Source: a virus (taxonomy: Duplodnaviria; Caudoviricetes). Taken from it: a stretch of DNA of 52,860 nt. The stretch lies in the IMG/VR virus record IMGVR_UViG_3300020044_001825, positions 1-52,860 of that record. One strand, given 5' to 3'. Under the pieces are notes generated by a model. It was not told the origin of the DNA, made no database searches, and saw nothing but the letters and a program-made list of their open reading frames with translations. A program made the position numbers and the translations under genes. Positions 27,179-37,222 of the stretch are shown piece after piece (within the stretch, counting starts at the first letter, position 1; each line of letters starts with the position of its first letter).

Positions 27179-28990
27179 ATGAATAAGCAGCAGATTCTTG
27201 AAATAGCAAAGAACGACCCTCGGTTCTCAAAAGCGGTTTTAACGCTTGAGAACGAAATCGGCGACATGCCGGTCACGGGCGAGGGCTTAGACGAATTAGT
27301 CAAGATGCTCGAGTTTGCGCTCAATAATCCTGAAAGCTACGCAGAGATCGTTGCTTCTGCTGTTCAAGACGACATGATTGAGGAGGGTGACCTGCCCGCG
27401 CAATTTGACCCCGTAGCAATCATATCCCTGCTCGTACTGATGTACGGTATGCAAGAGCGCTTGAAGCAAAAAGGTTTTGCTAAAGGTGGTCTGGCTTCGT
27501 TAGGTCGTCACGGCGACACGATGCTGGCGCACATCAATCCGCGTGAAGCTGCAATGCTCAAGCGTATGGGTGGTTCGGGAACAATTAATCCAAACACCGG
27601 ACTACCTGAATATAAGTTCAGTTTTAAGAAACTCTTAGCTGTCGCGTTACCTATCGCGCTGAATTTTATCGTCCCTGGAGCTGGTGCTGCTATCGGCGCA
27701 TCAATGGGTTTGACGGGTACAGCAGCCGCTATGGCGGGTAGCGCGATTATCGGCGGCGGTACTGCTGCTCTGACTGGCGGTGATCCGCTCAAAGGCGCTA
27801 TTCTGGGCGGCTTAGGAGGTGGCTTAGGTGAAGCCGTAGGTGGTGCTGCTAATAGCGCTTTAGGCTTAGATTTAGGCGCTGCCGGTCAAAACGTGCTCGG
27901 TAACGCGCTCGTAGGCGGCGGTATGGGTGCGGCTACTGGCCAAGGCTTCTTGAAAGGCGCGGCTTCAGGTGCGTTGGGAGCTTACGCCGGTCAACAGCTC
28001 GGTGACCTCACTGGTAACGCCGCCATAGGCGCGGGCGGTAAGCAGTTCAGCAACATGATCACTGCGGGCTATGATCCTAAGTCTGCCGTCATCGGTGGTG
28101 GCTTAGCCGGTCTAGCTAGTAGCATGTCAAAACCTGCTGAATCTAGCAGGATGGGGCTTAAACCCTCAGACGCTGTAGTTGAAGGTTTGAAGATGCCTAA
28201 AGGTAGCGATTACGCATACAGCGGCGTGCCTGAGGCGGGTTACGGTACTACAAATTTCATGACCGGAGAGACTGGCTATAAAGGTCCCGAAAACTTCTCC
28301 GTTGATTATTCTCTGACTAATCCAGCCGCGCCGGTAGCACCTAGCGGTTACGGTGCTCAAGAGATGGGCGGTGGGCTTTCATCGACCCCGCAGTCACCCC
28401 TTGCTCAACTCAAAACGACCACCCCAACCGCAAGCACAAGCAGCCCATTCTCAATGAAGAACGCTTTGATGGGCGCTACACTTTTGAGCAGCCTCACCAG
28501 CGCTCCTCCTCAGGTTCAACAGGCGGTCAACAAGATGCCTGCCGAGCAGCAAGAGTACTTCAACCGTCCCTCAATCGTCTGGGACTGGAACAAATTACAA
28601 AGTGACGCTAATGCTAACAACCAGAGCCTGAGTGAATACATGGCGCGGAGTTGGCCAAAAATCACTTCTGGCGCTTATAATATGCAACCAGCGACCACCC
28701 CCAAGCCTCCAGGCATGGCACAAGGTGGCGCTCTGTCAGCTGTTGCCCGATTCGCCCAAGGTGCGGGTTCTGGTCGAGCAGACACCATTGATGCTAAACT
28801 CTCAGATGGTGAATACGTGATTGACGCAGAAACAGTTGCAATGCTCGGCGACGGCTCCAATAAAGAGGGAGCTAAGCGCCTCGACGCTATGCGCGGAAAA
28901 ATCCGTTCACACAAAGGTAAAGCGCTGGCGAGGGGTAAGTTTAGCCCTAACGCTAAGTCACCTCTCAGCTATTTGAAAGGAGTTGCATAA
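27179..28990 (+). CDS. Putative internal virion/ejection protein
   Basis: GRHGDTMLAHINPREAAMLKRMGGSGTINPNTGLPEY domain, Gly/Ala-rich hydrophobic region, C-terminal GRADTIDAKLSDGEYVIDA domain. Confidence 0.65.
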   Translation: MNKQQILEIAKNDPRFSKAVLTLENEIGDMPVTGEGLDELVKMLEFALNNPESYAEIVASAVQDDMIEEGDLPAQFDPVAIISLLVLMYGMQERLKQKGFAKGGLASLGRHGDTMLAHINPREAAMLKRMGGSGTINPNTGLPEYKFSFKKLLAVALPIALNFIVPGAGAAIGASMGLTGTAAAMAGSAIIGGGTAALTGGDPLKGAILGGLGGGLGEAVGGAANSALGLDLGAAGQNVLGNALVGGGMGAATGQGFLKGAASGALGAYAGQQLGDLTGNAAIGAGGKQFSNMITAGYDPKSAVIGGGLAGLASSMSKPAESSRMGLKPSDAVVEGLKMPKGSDYAYSGVPEAGYGTTNFMTGETGYKGPENFSVDYSLTNPAAPVAPSGYGAQEMGGGLSSTPQSPLAQLKTTTPTASTSSPFSMKNALMGATLLSSLTSAPPQVQQAVNKMPAEQQEYFNRPSIVWDWNKLQSDANANNQSLSEYMARSWPKITSGAYNMQPATTPKPPGMAQGGALSAVARFAQGAGSGRADTIDAKLSDGEYVIDAETVAMLGDGSNKEGAKRLDAMRGKIRSHKGKALARGKFSPNAKSPLSYLKGVA

Positions 28991-30759
28991 TGGGCAGCTT
29001 ATTCCAAGGGTCGCCGCAGACCGCTACTTCTTACACCACGTCATCCACTGAGACCCCGAAGTGGATGCAGGATGCGATTTATAACCAAATTCAGGTCGCC
29101 CAGAACATTGCTAATACGCCTTACGAGTCGTATAACATGCCTACCGTGGCTGAATTGTCACCGCTGCAACAGCAAGCGTACAAGCAGGTTCAAGGTAATC
29201 AAGGTTTCTATCAGGGAGACCTTGACAAAGCCCAGTCTGGTATGTACGAATTCGGCAGCAAAGGTACAGCTGACGCTTTGAAACAAGCGCAAAGTCAGTA
29301 TTTGAGCCCAGACTTAGCTGGTAGAAATCTGAACGCCGGTCAATATTATTTTGATCAAGCCGGTCAGTCAGACATCGTAGGAGCAGGTCAACCCGCGTTT
29401 GCAAGGGCGATGGGTATGGACGCTACGGGCGCGGCGCAACCTTCTTTGTCTCAGGCGGGTGCGTCTGCGGGCAACATTCTAGGCGCGGCTCAACCTTACA
29501 TGAATCAGGCTGGCGCTGCTGCGGGTAACATCACCGGCGCGGCTCAACCTTATTTGAACCTAGCCGGTCAATCGGCGGGTAATATCTACAACGCTGCTCA
29601 ACCTTTTATGGGTCAGGCGGGTCAGACAACCGCACAAGCGCTTTCAGACCGCGCTTTGAACGCGGCTAACCCATACCTGTCAGCGGCTTCTCAGTCTGGT
29701 GCGGGCGGTGTGAGCCAATACATGTCGCCGTACCAAAGCGGCGTCATGGACGTTATTGCTAAGCAGGCAGGTCGCAATCTCAGCGAGAACCTTTTACCTA
29801 ACGTGTCTGATGCGTTCATCAAAGCTGGCCAGTTCGGCGGTACACGCATGGGTGAGTTCGGTAGCCGTGCCCTGCGCGATACTCAAGAAGCCGTGTTGAA
29901 CCAACAAGCTCAACTGGCTAACCAAGGCTACGGACAGGCTCTCGGCGCTTCTCAGGCTGATCTCGCACGTCAAGCGCAGTTAGCTGGTACGGTCGGTAGC
30001 ATTTCCGGCGCAGACCTCTCTCGCGTGCTTCAGGGTGGCGCTCAGTATGGTAACCTCGCACAGACTCAAGGTCAGTTGGCAGGTCAACAGGCTTCAGCTC
30101 TAGCTAACCTCGGTCAGACCCAAGGTCAACTCGCAGGGCAACAGGCTTCTACATTAGCTAACCTCGGACAGACCGCTGGTCAGCTGACAGGTCAACAGGC
30201 TTCGGCTTTGACCAACCTCGGCCAGACCACCGGTCAGTTGACAAGCCAGCAGCAACAAAACCTGACTAACCTCGGTCAGACACAAGGTCAGCTTACCGCC
30301 CAACAAATGTCTCAGATGGCTAACCTTGGTCAGATGCAAACCGCTGCGGGTCAGGCTCAACAACAGTTCGGTCTCACCGCTGGTCAGGCTGCACAAGGCG
30401 CTCAAGCTCAAGATTACCAGCGCCAGATGTCGGCGTTGCAGAACTTCGGTAATATGCAACAGCAAGAGCAAGCCCTGCGTTCAGCTGATGTGGCGGCGCT
30501 TGAAGGTGCGGGCGCGGCTCAGCAGACCCAAGCTCAGCAGCAACTTAACGCAGCTAAGGCTCAGTATGAAGCGCAGAAGTTGTACCCTAGACAACAACTT
30601 GATTTCTTAAGCACTCAAATTCGCGGTATGGCTCCAATCACGCCGCAGGTCACAACTAATCAAGGTACAACAACCGGCGCTACGTATTCACCTTCACCGC
30701 TGTCTCAGCTGGCGACGGGTCTTTATACGTACAAAGGTTTAGATAACCTTGGTCGCTAA
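28990..30759 (+). CDS. Putative DNA pilot/ejection protein, Gln/Gly-rich
   Basis: 18-aa repeats (AGNI.GAAQPY; NLGQTQGQLAGQQASAL), AGQFGGTR motif, SPLSQLATG C-terminus. Confidence 0.65.
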   Translation: MGSLFQGSPQTATSYTTSSTETPKWMQDAIYNQIQVAQNIANTPYESYNMPTVAELSPLQQQAYKQVQGNQGFYQGDLDKAQSGMYEFGSKGTADALKQAQSQYLSPDLAGRNLNAGQYYFDQAGQSDIVGAGQPAFARAMGMDATGAAQPSLSQAGASAGNILGAAQPYMNQAGAAAGNITGAAQPYLNLAGQSAGNIYNAAQPFMGQAGQTTAQALSDRALNAANPYLSAASQSGAGGVSQYMSPYQSGVMDVIAKQAGRNLSENLLPNVSDAFIKAGQFGGTRMGEFGSRALRDTQEAVLNQQAQLANQGYGQALGASQADLARQAQLAGTVGSISGADLSRVLQGGAQYGNLAQTQGQLAGQQASALANLGQTQGQLAGQQASTLANLGQTAGQLTGQQASALTNLGQTTGQLTSQQQQNLTNLGQTQGQLTAQQMSQMANLGQMQTAAGQAQQQFGLTAGQAAQGAQAQDYQRQMSALQNFGNMQQQEQALRSADVAALEGAGAAQQTQAQQQLNAAKAQYEAQKLYPRQQLDFLSTQIRGMAPITPQVTTNQGTTTGATYSPSPLSQLATGLYTYKGLDNLGR

Positions 30760-30768
30760 GGAGTAATT

Positions 30769-33645
30769 ATGGGTTTTGAACTCGACAGACTTATGAAGCA
30801 GTACGGTGTGAGTACTGCCGGTGTGGTTAACTATTCTGGTGCTACCCCAGAAGACACAGCCGCGTATGATGCGTACAAGAAAGAATATGAGACGCGCCTG
30901 CAAAACACTCCGATGATGATGCAGTCACAGTATCAGACAGGCTACGAGCCTAAGTCTGCGGGACTGAAGTCCGCCACTGACACTATCGGTGTTGACCAGT
31001 TCAATAAAAATATTCAAAACTGGGCGAACCTAAACCCCACAGCCTTTTCAAGCGATATCAACGCGTATGCGCAGAAGTACGGCATTAGCGGTCAAGACAT
31101 TTTCAACGCGACTCAAAACCGCTGGGGTAATATACTCCGAGCGCCTAAGTTCAACACGCCCGCTCCCGTCGTACCGCCGGTGGTTCCTCCGGTCGTAGCT
31201 CCTGTCACACCGCCAATTGTTCCCCCTATTGTACCACCTGTCGTACCGCCGGTAGTGCCTCCCGTAGTACCGCCAGTAGTACCGCCAGTAGTGCCGCCAG
31301 TAGTGCCGCCTGTCGTGCCAAGTCCTGATGACGACTTTCCTCCGACTATTCCTCCAGTTGTTCCGACTCCTGATGACGACTTTCCACCAACTATTCCTCC
31401 GGTGGTGCCAAGTCCTGACGATGACTTTCCTCCTACGCCTATTCCTCCAGTAGTGTTACCAAGCGTAGATGATGATTTTCCTCCTACGCCTATACCCACA
31501 CCGGTCATGCCTAGCCCAGACGAAGATTTTCCGTCAACAATTAGAACAGGTACTGTGGATATAGAAGAAGTTGACCCTAATGTCATTATCCCCGACACTG
31601 TTGGACCAAACAGAGCGGGTGGCGGTGATCTGCCTGAAGAGTTTGACAAGTATTTGGTTCCAGAAACCCCTGCGGTAACCCCCAGCGCCCCCGCCGTAGT
31701 TGACACTCCGGCGGTGATTGACACCCCTATGGTTGTTGACACGCCTTTTGTAACTGTCGATTCACCAACCCCTGCTGATGACGGTACAACCGGTAGTATT
31801 CAAGACGCTATTAATTCTCTAGAGACTCCGTATGAAGTGCAGCCATGGGAAAATCTTGACAACTCCGGTGTTAATATCGGGTCAATGGCAGGTGACAACT
31901 CGCTCAACAGCGGTAACAACACTTACATCGGTGATGTAGCAGAGACGCCTGTAGGCTTGCCAGACGCATTTGGTTCATACCCGAGCGACTCAACATATAC
32001 CGGCGATGACGATTTCAGCAGCCCTGCAGAATTCACTAAACCTGATTATTTCGGCGGCGCTGATGATTTCAGTAACTACGGCGTAGGTGTTAGCGATTTC
32101 GGCGGTGGCGCAAGTGTTGCCGACGATTTCGGTAAGTACGGACTAGGTGTTAGCGACTTCGGTGGCGGCGGTGGCGGGGGTGGTAAATTCTTTGACGATC
32201 AAAGTATGTCTGTTTCTGCGTATGCTCAAGGTGGTCCCGTGAAAACACATTATCAAACCGCCGGTCGCGTTCAGTTACCTAGCGGCTATGAAACCTCTGA
32301 AGACGAAGCAGATTTTCTAGCTCGTCAAGAGCGTGACCGCGTACCGGTTGAAATTAACGCGATCAATATGGCTAACCCCCCGCCGCCAGTCATTTCAGAA
32401 CCTATGGCAGCTCCAGCTCCGGCTGCACCCTTGACAGCGGTGGCTTTGAACGCTGCTAAAGACGCCTCTGCGCCTGTTGCTCCGGCAGTAATGGCAGCGC
32501 CTAAGCCTATCGCACCTCCAGCGCCGGTCGGTGGCGAGCGTATGGCTAACATTCAAGCCCTGCTCGCTGCGTATGGTCCGAAGGACGGTGCTTACGGCGC
32601 TGAACTCAAAGCCGCTCGTGCGACCGCTAAAGCGGAGAGCGATGCTTTTGCTAAGCTGTTGTCAGATTCCATGAAGGCTCCAGAGGACGCAAAGAGTTCT
32701 AAGGCTGAGATGTACTTCCGGTTGGCGGCTGCTTTCGGCGCTCCCACTAAGACTGGCCACTTTGCTGAAAACCTCGGAATGGTCGGTAAAGAGCTTGGCG
32801 ATTACTCTAAGGAGCAACGCGCCTCTAGACAGCAGAAACTGGCTCTGGCTTTGAAAGGTCAAGAGATGAAGATGGGCGCAGCTAAGGAAGACCTCCGCAC
32901 CCTGCAAGCGCTGTCAGCTGAGGAAATGAAAGACAAGCGTACCATTGCGACTGAACTCATCAAAGACTTTATCAAGTCAGGTGAGCCTCAGTCTGCGGCT
33001 GGTAAGCAAGCTCTTGACGAAGGTCTCAAGCCAGGAACCCCTGAGTATCAGAAGCGTGTGGAAACTCTCGGTAATATGAATATTGAGAGTAAGCTGGCGC
33101 AGATTACTGCTTCCTTGGCAGGTGTGAGCACAGCTGCGGCTAATTTAGCCTTGGCGCAGGAAAAGTTCCAAAACCAGAAACAGCAACAGACTAAGCTGAG
33201 TCCGGCTGAAGTCACTATGAAAAAAGAAGCTGAAGACTTTATCGCTTCTAGCAAGCAATCTCTGCTTGATTTGAAACAGGCTTACGCGCTGAACCCGAAC
33301 TCGCTAGCTGGTGGCTGGTTGGAAAAAGGGCAGCAGTTCTTGAGTGAAGCGGCGGGTTCTAAAGACCCTGTGATTGTTAACACCCGTATCATTAACAACC
33401 TGCTCGGTTCTCAAGGTCTAGCTAAGCTGAAAGCAACCTTTGGCGGTGCGCCGACTGAAGGTGAACGCGCGATCTTGATGGAGCTTGAAGGTATCGGCTC
33501 TAAAACTAGAGAAGAACGCGCTGCGATCATCAAGCGCACCTACAAAGTTTTGCAAGACCGTATGGCTCGCGAACAAGCTCGCTTGGATCAAATCACTTCC
33601 GGCGCTTACCGTACGACCACCCCACTTGAAGAAGGGAATGAGTAA
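30769..33645 (+). CDS. Putative internal virion/ejection protein with a Pro/Asp-rich N-terminal half
   Basis: PPVV and PSPDDDFPPT repeats, then a helical C-terminal half with GAPTEGER. Confidence 0.65.
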   Translation: MGFELDRLMKQYGVSTAGVVNYSGATPEDTAAYDAYKKEYETRLQNTPMMMQSQYQTGYEPKSAGLKSATDTIGVDQFNKNIQNWANLNPTAFSSDINAYAQKYGISGQDIFNATQNRWGNILRAPKFNTPAPVVPPVVPPVVAPVTPPIVPPIVPPVVPPVVPPVVPPVVPPVVPPVVPPVVPSPDDDFPPTIPPVVPTPDDDFPPTIPPVVPSPDDDFPPTPIPPVVLPSVDDDFPPTPIPTPVMPSPDEDFPSTIRTGTVDIEEVDPNVIIPDTVGPNRAGGGDLPEEFDKYLVPETPAVTPSAPAVVDTPAVIDTPMVVDTPFVTVDSPTPADDGTTGSIQDAINSLETPYEVQPWENLDNSGVNIGSMAGDNSLNSGNNTYIGDVAETPVGLPDAFGSYPSDSTYTGDDDFSSPAEFTKPDYFGGADDFSNYGVGVSDFGGGASVADDFGKYGLGVSDFGGGGGGGGKFFDDQSMSVSAYAQGGPVKTHYQTAGRVQLPSGYETSEDEADFLARQERDRVPVEINAINMANPPPPVISEPMAAPAPAAPLTAVALNAAKDASAPVAPAVMAAPKPIAPPAPVGGERMANIQALLAAYGPKDGAYGAELKAARATAKAESDAFAKLLSDSMKAPEDAKSSKAEMYFRLAAAFGAPTKTGHFAENLGMVGKELGDYSKEQRASRQQKLALALKGQEMKMGAAKEDLRTLQALSAEEMKDKRTIATELIKDFIKSGEPQSAAGKQALDEGLKPGTPEYQKRVETLGNMNIESKLAQITASLAGVSTAAANLALAQEKFQNQKQQQTKLSPAEVTMKKEAEDFIASSKQSLLDLKQAYALNPNSLAGGWLEKGQQFLSEAAGSKDPVIVNTRIINNLLGSQGLAKLKATFGGAPTEGERAILMELEGIGSKTREERAAIIKRTYKVLQDRMAREQARLDQITSGAYRTTTPLEEGNE
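31165..31540 (+). repeat. Coding tandem repeats: about 12 x PPVV (12 bp), then 5 x P(S/T)PDDDFPPT...
   Basis: Directly visible in DNA and protein; boundaries approximate. Confidence 0.85.
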
Positions 33646-35681
33646 TGGCAACAGCTAATCCGTACTTAGGCGGCGCTCGCGCCGTTATCGGTCAAGGTCT
33701 CGGCATGGGTTGGGGTGATGAGGCTGAGGCGTGGCTTCGGTCTAAGCTCGCAAATAGCAAGGGTTATGAAGCCGAACTCGCTAGGATCAATCAAGAGTAC
33801 GCTCAATACTCTAAAGAGAACCCATTTGTAGCCCCTGCTCTTGAGTTCGGCGGCGGGGCTGCTCCTGCTCTGGCGGCGATGTTGACTGCCCCCGCAACCG
33901 GAGGTGCTACTGCGCCGGTCGCCGCGAGCGCACTAGCTCGCTTGGCAGCTAACCCTTACGTACGTGGCGCAGTAACCGGCGGTGTGACCGGCGGTGTCTC
34001 TGGCGCGGGGTCTGCCCAACCAGGAGAGCGAGGCTCCGGCGCGGTCACTGGTACGGTCGTCGGCACAACAGTCGGCACAGTGGCTCCGGCGGCTATTCGC
34101 GGAACAGGCGCGGCTTCTAAATGGTTACGTGACAGGCTCGCTCCGAGCGAAGCTAGTGTCACTAAGGCGGCGGTAGGCAAAGTCTCCCGCGCTATAAACG
34201 AGTCAGGTATGACTCCGCAACAGATTGAGCAGAAGGTCTTGCAGGATCGCGCTCGTAATATTCCTTCAACTATGGCCAACGCTGATCCCGCGTTGGTTGA
34301 CCTCGCAGAGACCGTCGCCCAGCGTAGTGGTCCCAGCGGTCGTCTAGTTGAGAAGAAACTCGGCGAGCAGACCGCCGGTGCTCGTGAGCGTACTTATGCA
34401 CAGACTCGTAAAGCGATTAAGTCTGGTAACTTCTACGCTGATGAACAGAAAATGATGGCAGATTTGCGCAAGCAAGCTGACACGCTTTATGACGACGCGT
34501 ACGCTTTTGGTGACGTAGATGACCCCCGCATCATTGATGCTTTGAAGAACCCTCGCTTTCAAGAGTTCTGGGGCAGAGCGCGTAGCATTGCTGACACCGA
34601 GGCTCAAGCGGCTAAGTTGCGTGGCGAAGACCCCAGCAAGTTTGCCCTGCCTGAAATCTACAAACCTAGCGGTAAATTTGACGCCAATGGTAATGAGATT
34701 CTTGAGCTGACAAAACTACCCGATGTCCGCACTCTTGATTACATCAAACGCGGTATTGACGCTAGTATTGAAGCGGGTTACAAAAGCGCTCAGGGTATGA
34801 GCAGCGCTGAAGCCAACGCCCTCAAACAGTTGCGCAACGTCTACGTAGGCGCGATTGATGAAGCTACGGGCGGTGCAAACTCACCCTACCTCAAAGCTCG
34901 TCAAGCCTACTCCGGCGACATGGAGGTGCTTGATGCGATGCGCGCAGGTATGAAAGATTTCAACAAGCTAGATCATGAGCAAGTGATTGACATGATTAGC
35001 AAAATGGGTGTCGCTGAGAAAGACGCATTCAGAACAGGTGTTGTACGTGATTTGTACAGCAGGATCATGGATCCCTCGAGCAACATCAACGCCGCCCAGC
35101 GAATCATCGGCGCACCTGAGATGCAAGCTAAGTTGCAGCCGCTGTTTGACAGCCCTGCTAAGTTTGACATGTTCAAGTCCGCACTTGAGCGCGAGGCTCA
35201 GTTGTTCCAACAATCCAACCGCATCCTCGGTGGCGCGGCTACCGGAAGACGCACTCAGGCGCGTGAACGCTTTGAAGAAGGCTCAGGTGTGGGGGCTGCG
35301 GTTGCGGATGCCGTCTCGGGAGGATTCTGGGGGTCTCTGAGTAACATGGCAGCGCGTGTTGCGCGTAGCGCTAACATGACTGACGAAGTTGCTGAGAAAG
35401 TCGGCAAGTTGCTCATGTCAAGCGATCCACATGAAGTTGCTGCGGCAGTCAAGTTGATTGAGCAATATAACGTCAAAGCCGCCGCCGGTGCTAAGCGCCT
35501 CGGCAAAGGCGAGACCGGCGCAATCATGGGCACTATGACCGCATTCCCGCCTTCACCCATTGACCCTAACGCTAAATTAGAGAATGTTGAAGATGCGGAC
35601 ATTCCTAACATTCCTGGCGGTCGCTTAATCGGTCCGGACATTGATGCGGACATCGAAGCCGACTTGAAGAAAATGAAGTAA
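33645..35681 (+). CDS. Putative DNA transfer/ejection protein
   Basis: GQGLGMGWGDEAEA N-terminus, Gly-rich segment, then a long helical body; last gene of the late operon. Confidence 0.65.
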   Translation: MATANPYLGGARAVIGQGLGMGWGDEAEAWLRSKLANSKGYEAELARINQEYAQYSKENPFVAPALEFGGGAAPALAAMLTAPATGGATAPVAASALARLAANPYVRGAVTGGVTGGVSGAGSAQPGERGSGAVTGTVVGTTVGTVAPAAIRGTGAASKWLRDRLAPSEASVTKAAVGKVSRAINESGMTPQQIEQKVLQDRARNIPSTMANADPALVDLAETVAQRSGPSGRLVEKKLGEQTAGARERTYAQTRKAIKSGNFYADEQKMMADLRKQADTLYDDAYAFGDVDDPRIIDALKNPRFQEFWGRARSIADTEAQAAKLRGEDPSKFALPEIYKPSGKFDANGNEILELTKLPDVRTLDYIKRGIDASIEAGYKSAQGMSSAEANALKQLRNVYVGAIDEATGGANSPYLKARQAYSGDMEVLDAMRAGMKDFNKLDHEQVIDMISKMGVAEKDAFRTGVVRDLYSRIMDPSSNINAAQRIIGAPEMQAKLQPLFDSPAKFDMFKSALEREAQLFQQSNRILGGAATGRRTQARERFEEGSGVGAAVADAVSGGFWGSLSNMAARVARSANMTDEVAEKVGKLLMSSDPHEVAAAVKLIEQYNVKAAAGAKRLGKGETGAIMGTMTAFPPSPIDPNAKLENVEDADIPNIPGGRLIGPDIDADIEADLKKMK

Positions 35682-35720
35682 AATTCACTTCGCTGTCTCC
35701 GCAAAGAGCAGTTGCCACTT

Positions 35721-35921
35721 TTAACCCCGCTTCGGCGGGGTTTCTTTTTGCTCAATGTCCATGAGCACGCGGTTACGTAGTCTGAGTATGATGCGAATGT
35801 GGTCAGCAGCGTCATGTTGACCGTCCTTGTCCGCTTGAGCTATCGCTGCCAATAACTCTGGTTGCGTCCTGTCCCAATGTAATCCTGGTCCCAGCAGTGA
35901 GCGAATGTACGCCCACGGCAT
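35721..35921 (-). CDS. Hypothetical protein, 66 aa
   Basis: Coupled to the upstream ORF by a 1-nt overlap; its 3' end overlaps the terminator. Confidence 0.55.
   Translation of the reverse strand: MPWAYIRSLLGPGLHWDRTQPELLAAIAQADKDGQHDAADHIRIILRLRNRVLMDIEQKETPPKRG
35723..35749 (+). terminator. Intrinsic terminator at the convergence of the two transcription units
   Basis: AACCCCGC-TTCG-GCGGGGTT-TCTTTTT. Confidence 0.85.
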
Positions 35922-36328
35922 TACATACCGCCCGCGAGCCTATTCCACTCTTGATTGAACAGCACTGAGTTAACCTTGTTAGTCAGTGCGTAAGCGCAGT
36001 CAAGCGCTGTCTCAAGTGAAATAATGTTTACGCGGTGGTATGTGTTATCAGTTATCATTTGCTCAAGCGCGGAGAGTGCCCCACGAATGATTTTGACCTC
36101 ATAGGTGTCAACCCCTACTTTCGGATCAGCCCCTGCCGCATTGATTAATGCGCGGAACATCATCCACATCGGCACGCAAAAGTCAACACAGGGTTCACCC
36201 TCATCGCGCATGTAGAGCTGGATCTTTTGATCAAGAATAGCCTTGCGCATGCTCTCACGCGCTACCAGCTTAGCAATCGGGTTCAGACCGACCTGCCTTT
36301 TGACCCGAGTAGGGGTTATTTTGGCCAT
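35921..36328 (-). CDS. Hypothetical protein, 135 aa
   Basis: Part of a chain of stop/start-coupled ORFs. Confidence 0.7.
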   Translation of the reverse strand: MAKITPTRVKRQVGLNPIAKLVARESMRKAILDQKIQLYMRDEGEPCVDFCVPMWMMFRALINAAGADPKVGVDTYEVKIIRGALSALEQMITDNTYHRVNIISLETALDCAYALTNKVNSVLFNQEWNRLAGGM

Positions 36329-36510
36329 CAGAAGTTTTCGTTATAAAATTTGCGCAGCACTTCGGCGAGGTCTTCGGTCTTGAACTCTCCACCTTCACCG
36401 CCGTTTACTTCACCAATCCAGACCGTGCCGGTGTTAGGTACACGACCAGGAGCGATGAACAGGTCACCTACCTGAATATGCCATGGGCACTTGGGTTCAA
36501 ATACTTCCAT
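36328..36510 (-). CDS. Hypothetical protein, 60 aa
   Basis: GGAG RBS; coupled ORF. Confidence 0.65.
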   Translation of the reverse strand: MEVFEPKCPWHIQVGDLFIAPGRVPNTGTVWIGEVNGGEGGEFKTEDLAEVLRKFYNENF

Positions 36511-36749
36511 TAATGTTCTCCTGCGTTTTCAGTTAATTCTTTGATGATGCGCTTCTCGTCCTCAGCGGTCATCTTCTTCTCAAGCCATGCGGCGCGATAA
36601 CCTTTACGGTCATACACCTCGAACTCTACGTCAAACCAGCCGCCGTAGTAATCCCAGTCGCTAGCCCAAGTGTTGTGGTCGGGTTTCTGGTAATACCCTG
36701 CGGTCATCTCAACCTTGCAGGGTATACCCTTAACATGAGTCTCAATCAT
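36510..36749 (-). CDS. Hypothetical protein, 79 aa
   Basis: The ATG at 36749 overlaps the resolvase stop. SDWDYYG...YDRKGYRAAWLEKK. Confidence 0.65.
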   Translation of the reverse strand: MIETHVKGIPCKVEMTAGYYQKPDHNTWASDWDYYGGWFDVEFEVYDRKGYRAAWLEKKMTAEDEKRIIKELTENAGEH

Positions 36750-37222
36750 TTGTACCTCGTCTCGTAAAGCCAACGAGCCATGAGCAACGCCTCTGCGCGA
36801 TCAGAATGTTTCTTCAGATTCAACGGCGCTTCAGGGAACATGCGAATCGCGAGCGCCCTGCTCATTTCTTTGTCGCTGGTCAGTTTGAAATGTTTCTTCC
36901 ACTGCGAAGGGGTCATGTAGACAGTCTCAAACCGACACCCCGCAATAGAAGCTCGGGCAGAGCCGAAGCTGTCGCCTAAGCTGAAGATAGAAGATGACCC
37001 CTGTCCAGGCATAGCGTTCACCCGCTCAAGCGCAACGCATACCGCCTCCTCAGCGGGGACGTGCTTCCTGAGCAGGGTGATTAACCCAGCGGGGTCAACT
37101 TCATTCTTCACAGCTCCTGAGCCTTTGGCTACGACCGGCATATCTTCCACGGCTACGTACACGCCATCACGAAGAACGCCGATAGCGCCGCTGAGTCCTG
37201 GATCAATGCCGATCGTAATCAT
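36746..37222 (-). CDS. RuvC-like Holliday junction resolvase
   Basis: IGIDPGLSGA, VALERV, PSQWKK, DRAEALL acidic catalytic pattern. Confidence 0.85.
   Translation of the reverse strand: MITIGIDPGLSGAIGVLRDGVYVAVEDMPVVAKGSGAVKNEVDPAGLITLLRKHVPAEEAVCVALERVNAMPGQGSSSIFSLGDSFGSARASIAGCRFETVYMTPSQWKKHFKLTSDKEMSRALAIRMFPEAPLNLKKHSDRAEALLMARWLYETRYK

Noticed and set aside
35682-35722. Possible small RNA between the last late gene and the terminator
   Set aside because: Only a weak, imperfect hairpin; insufficient support.
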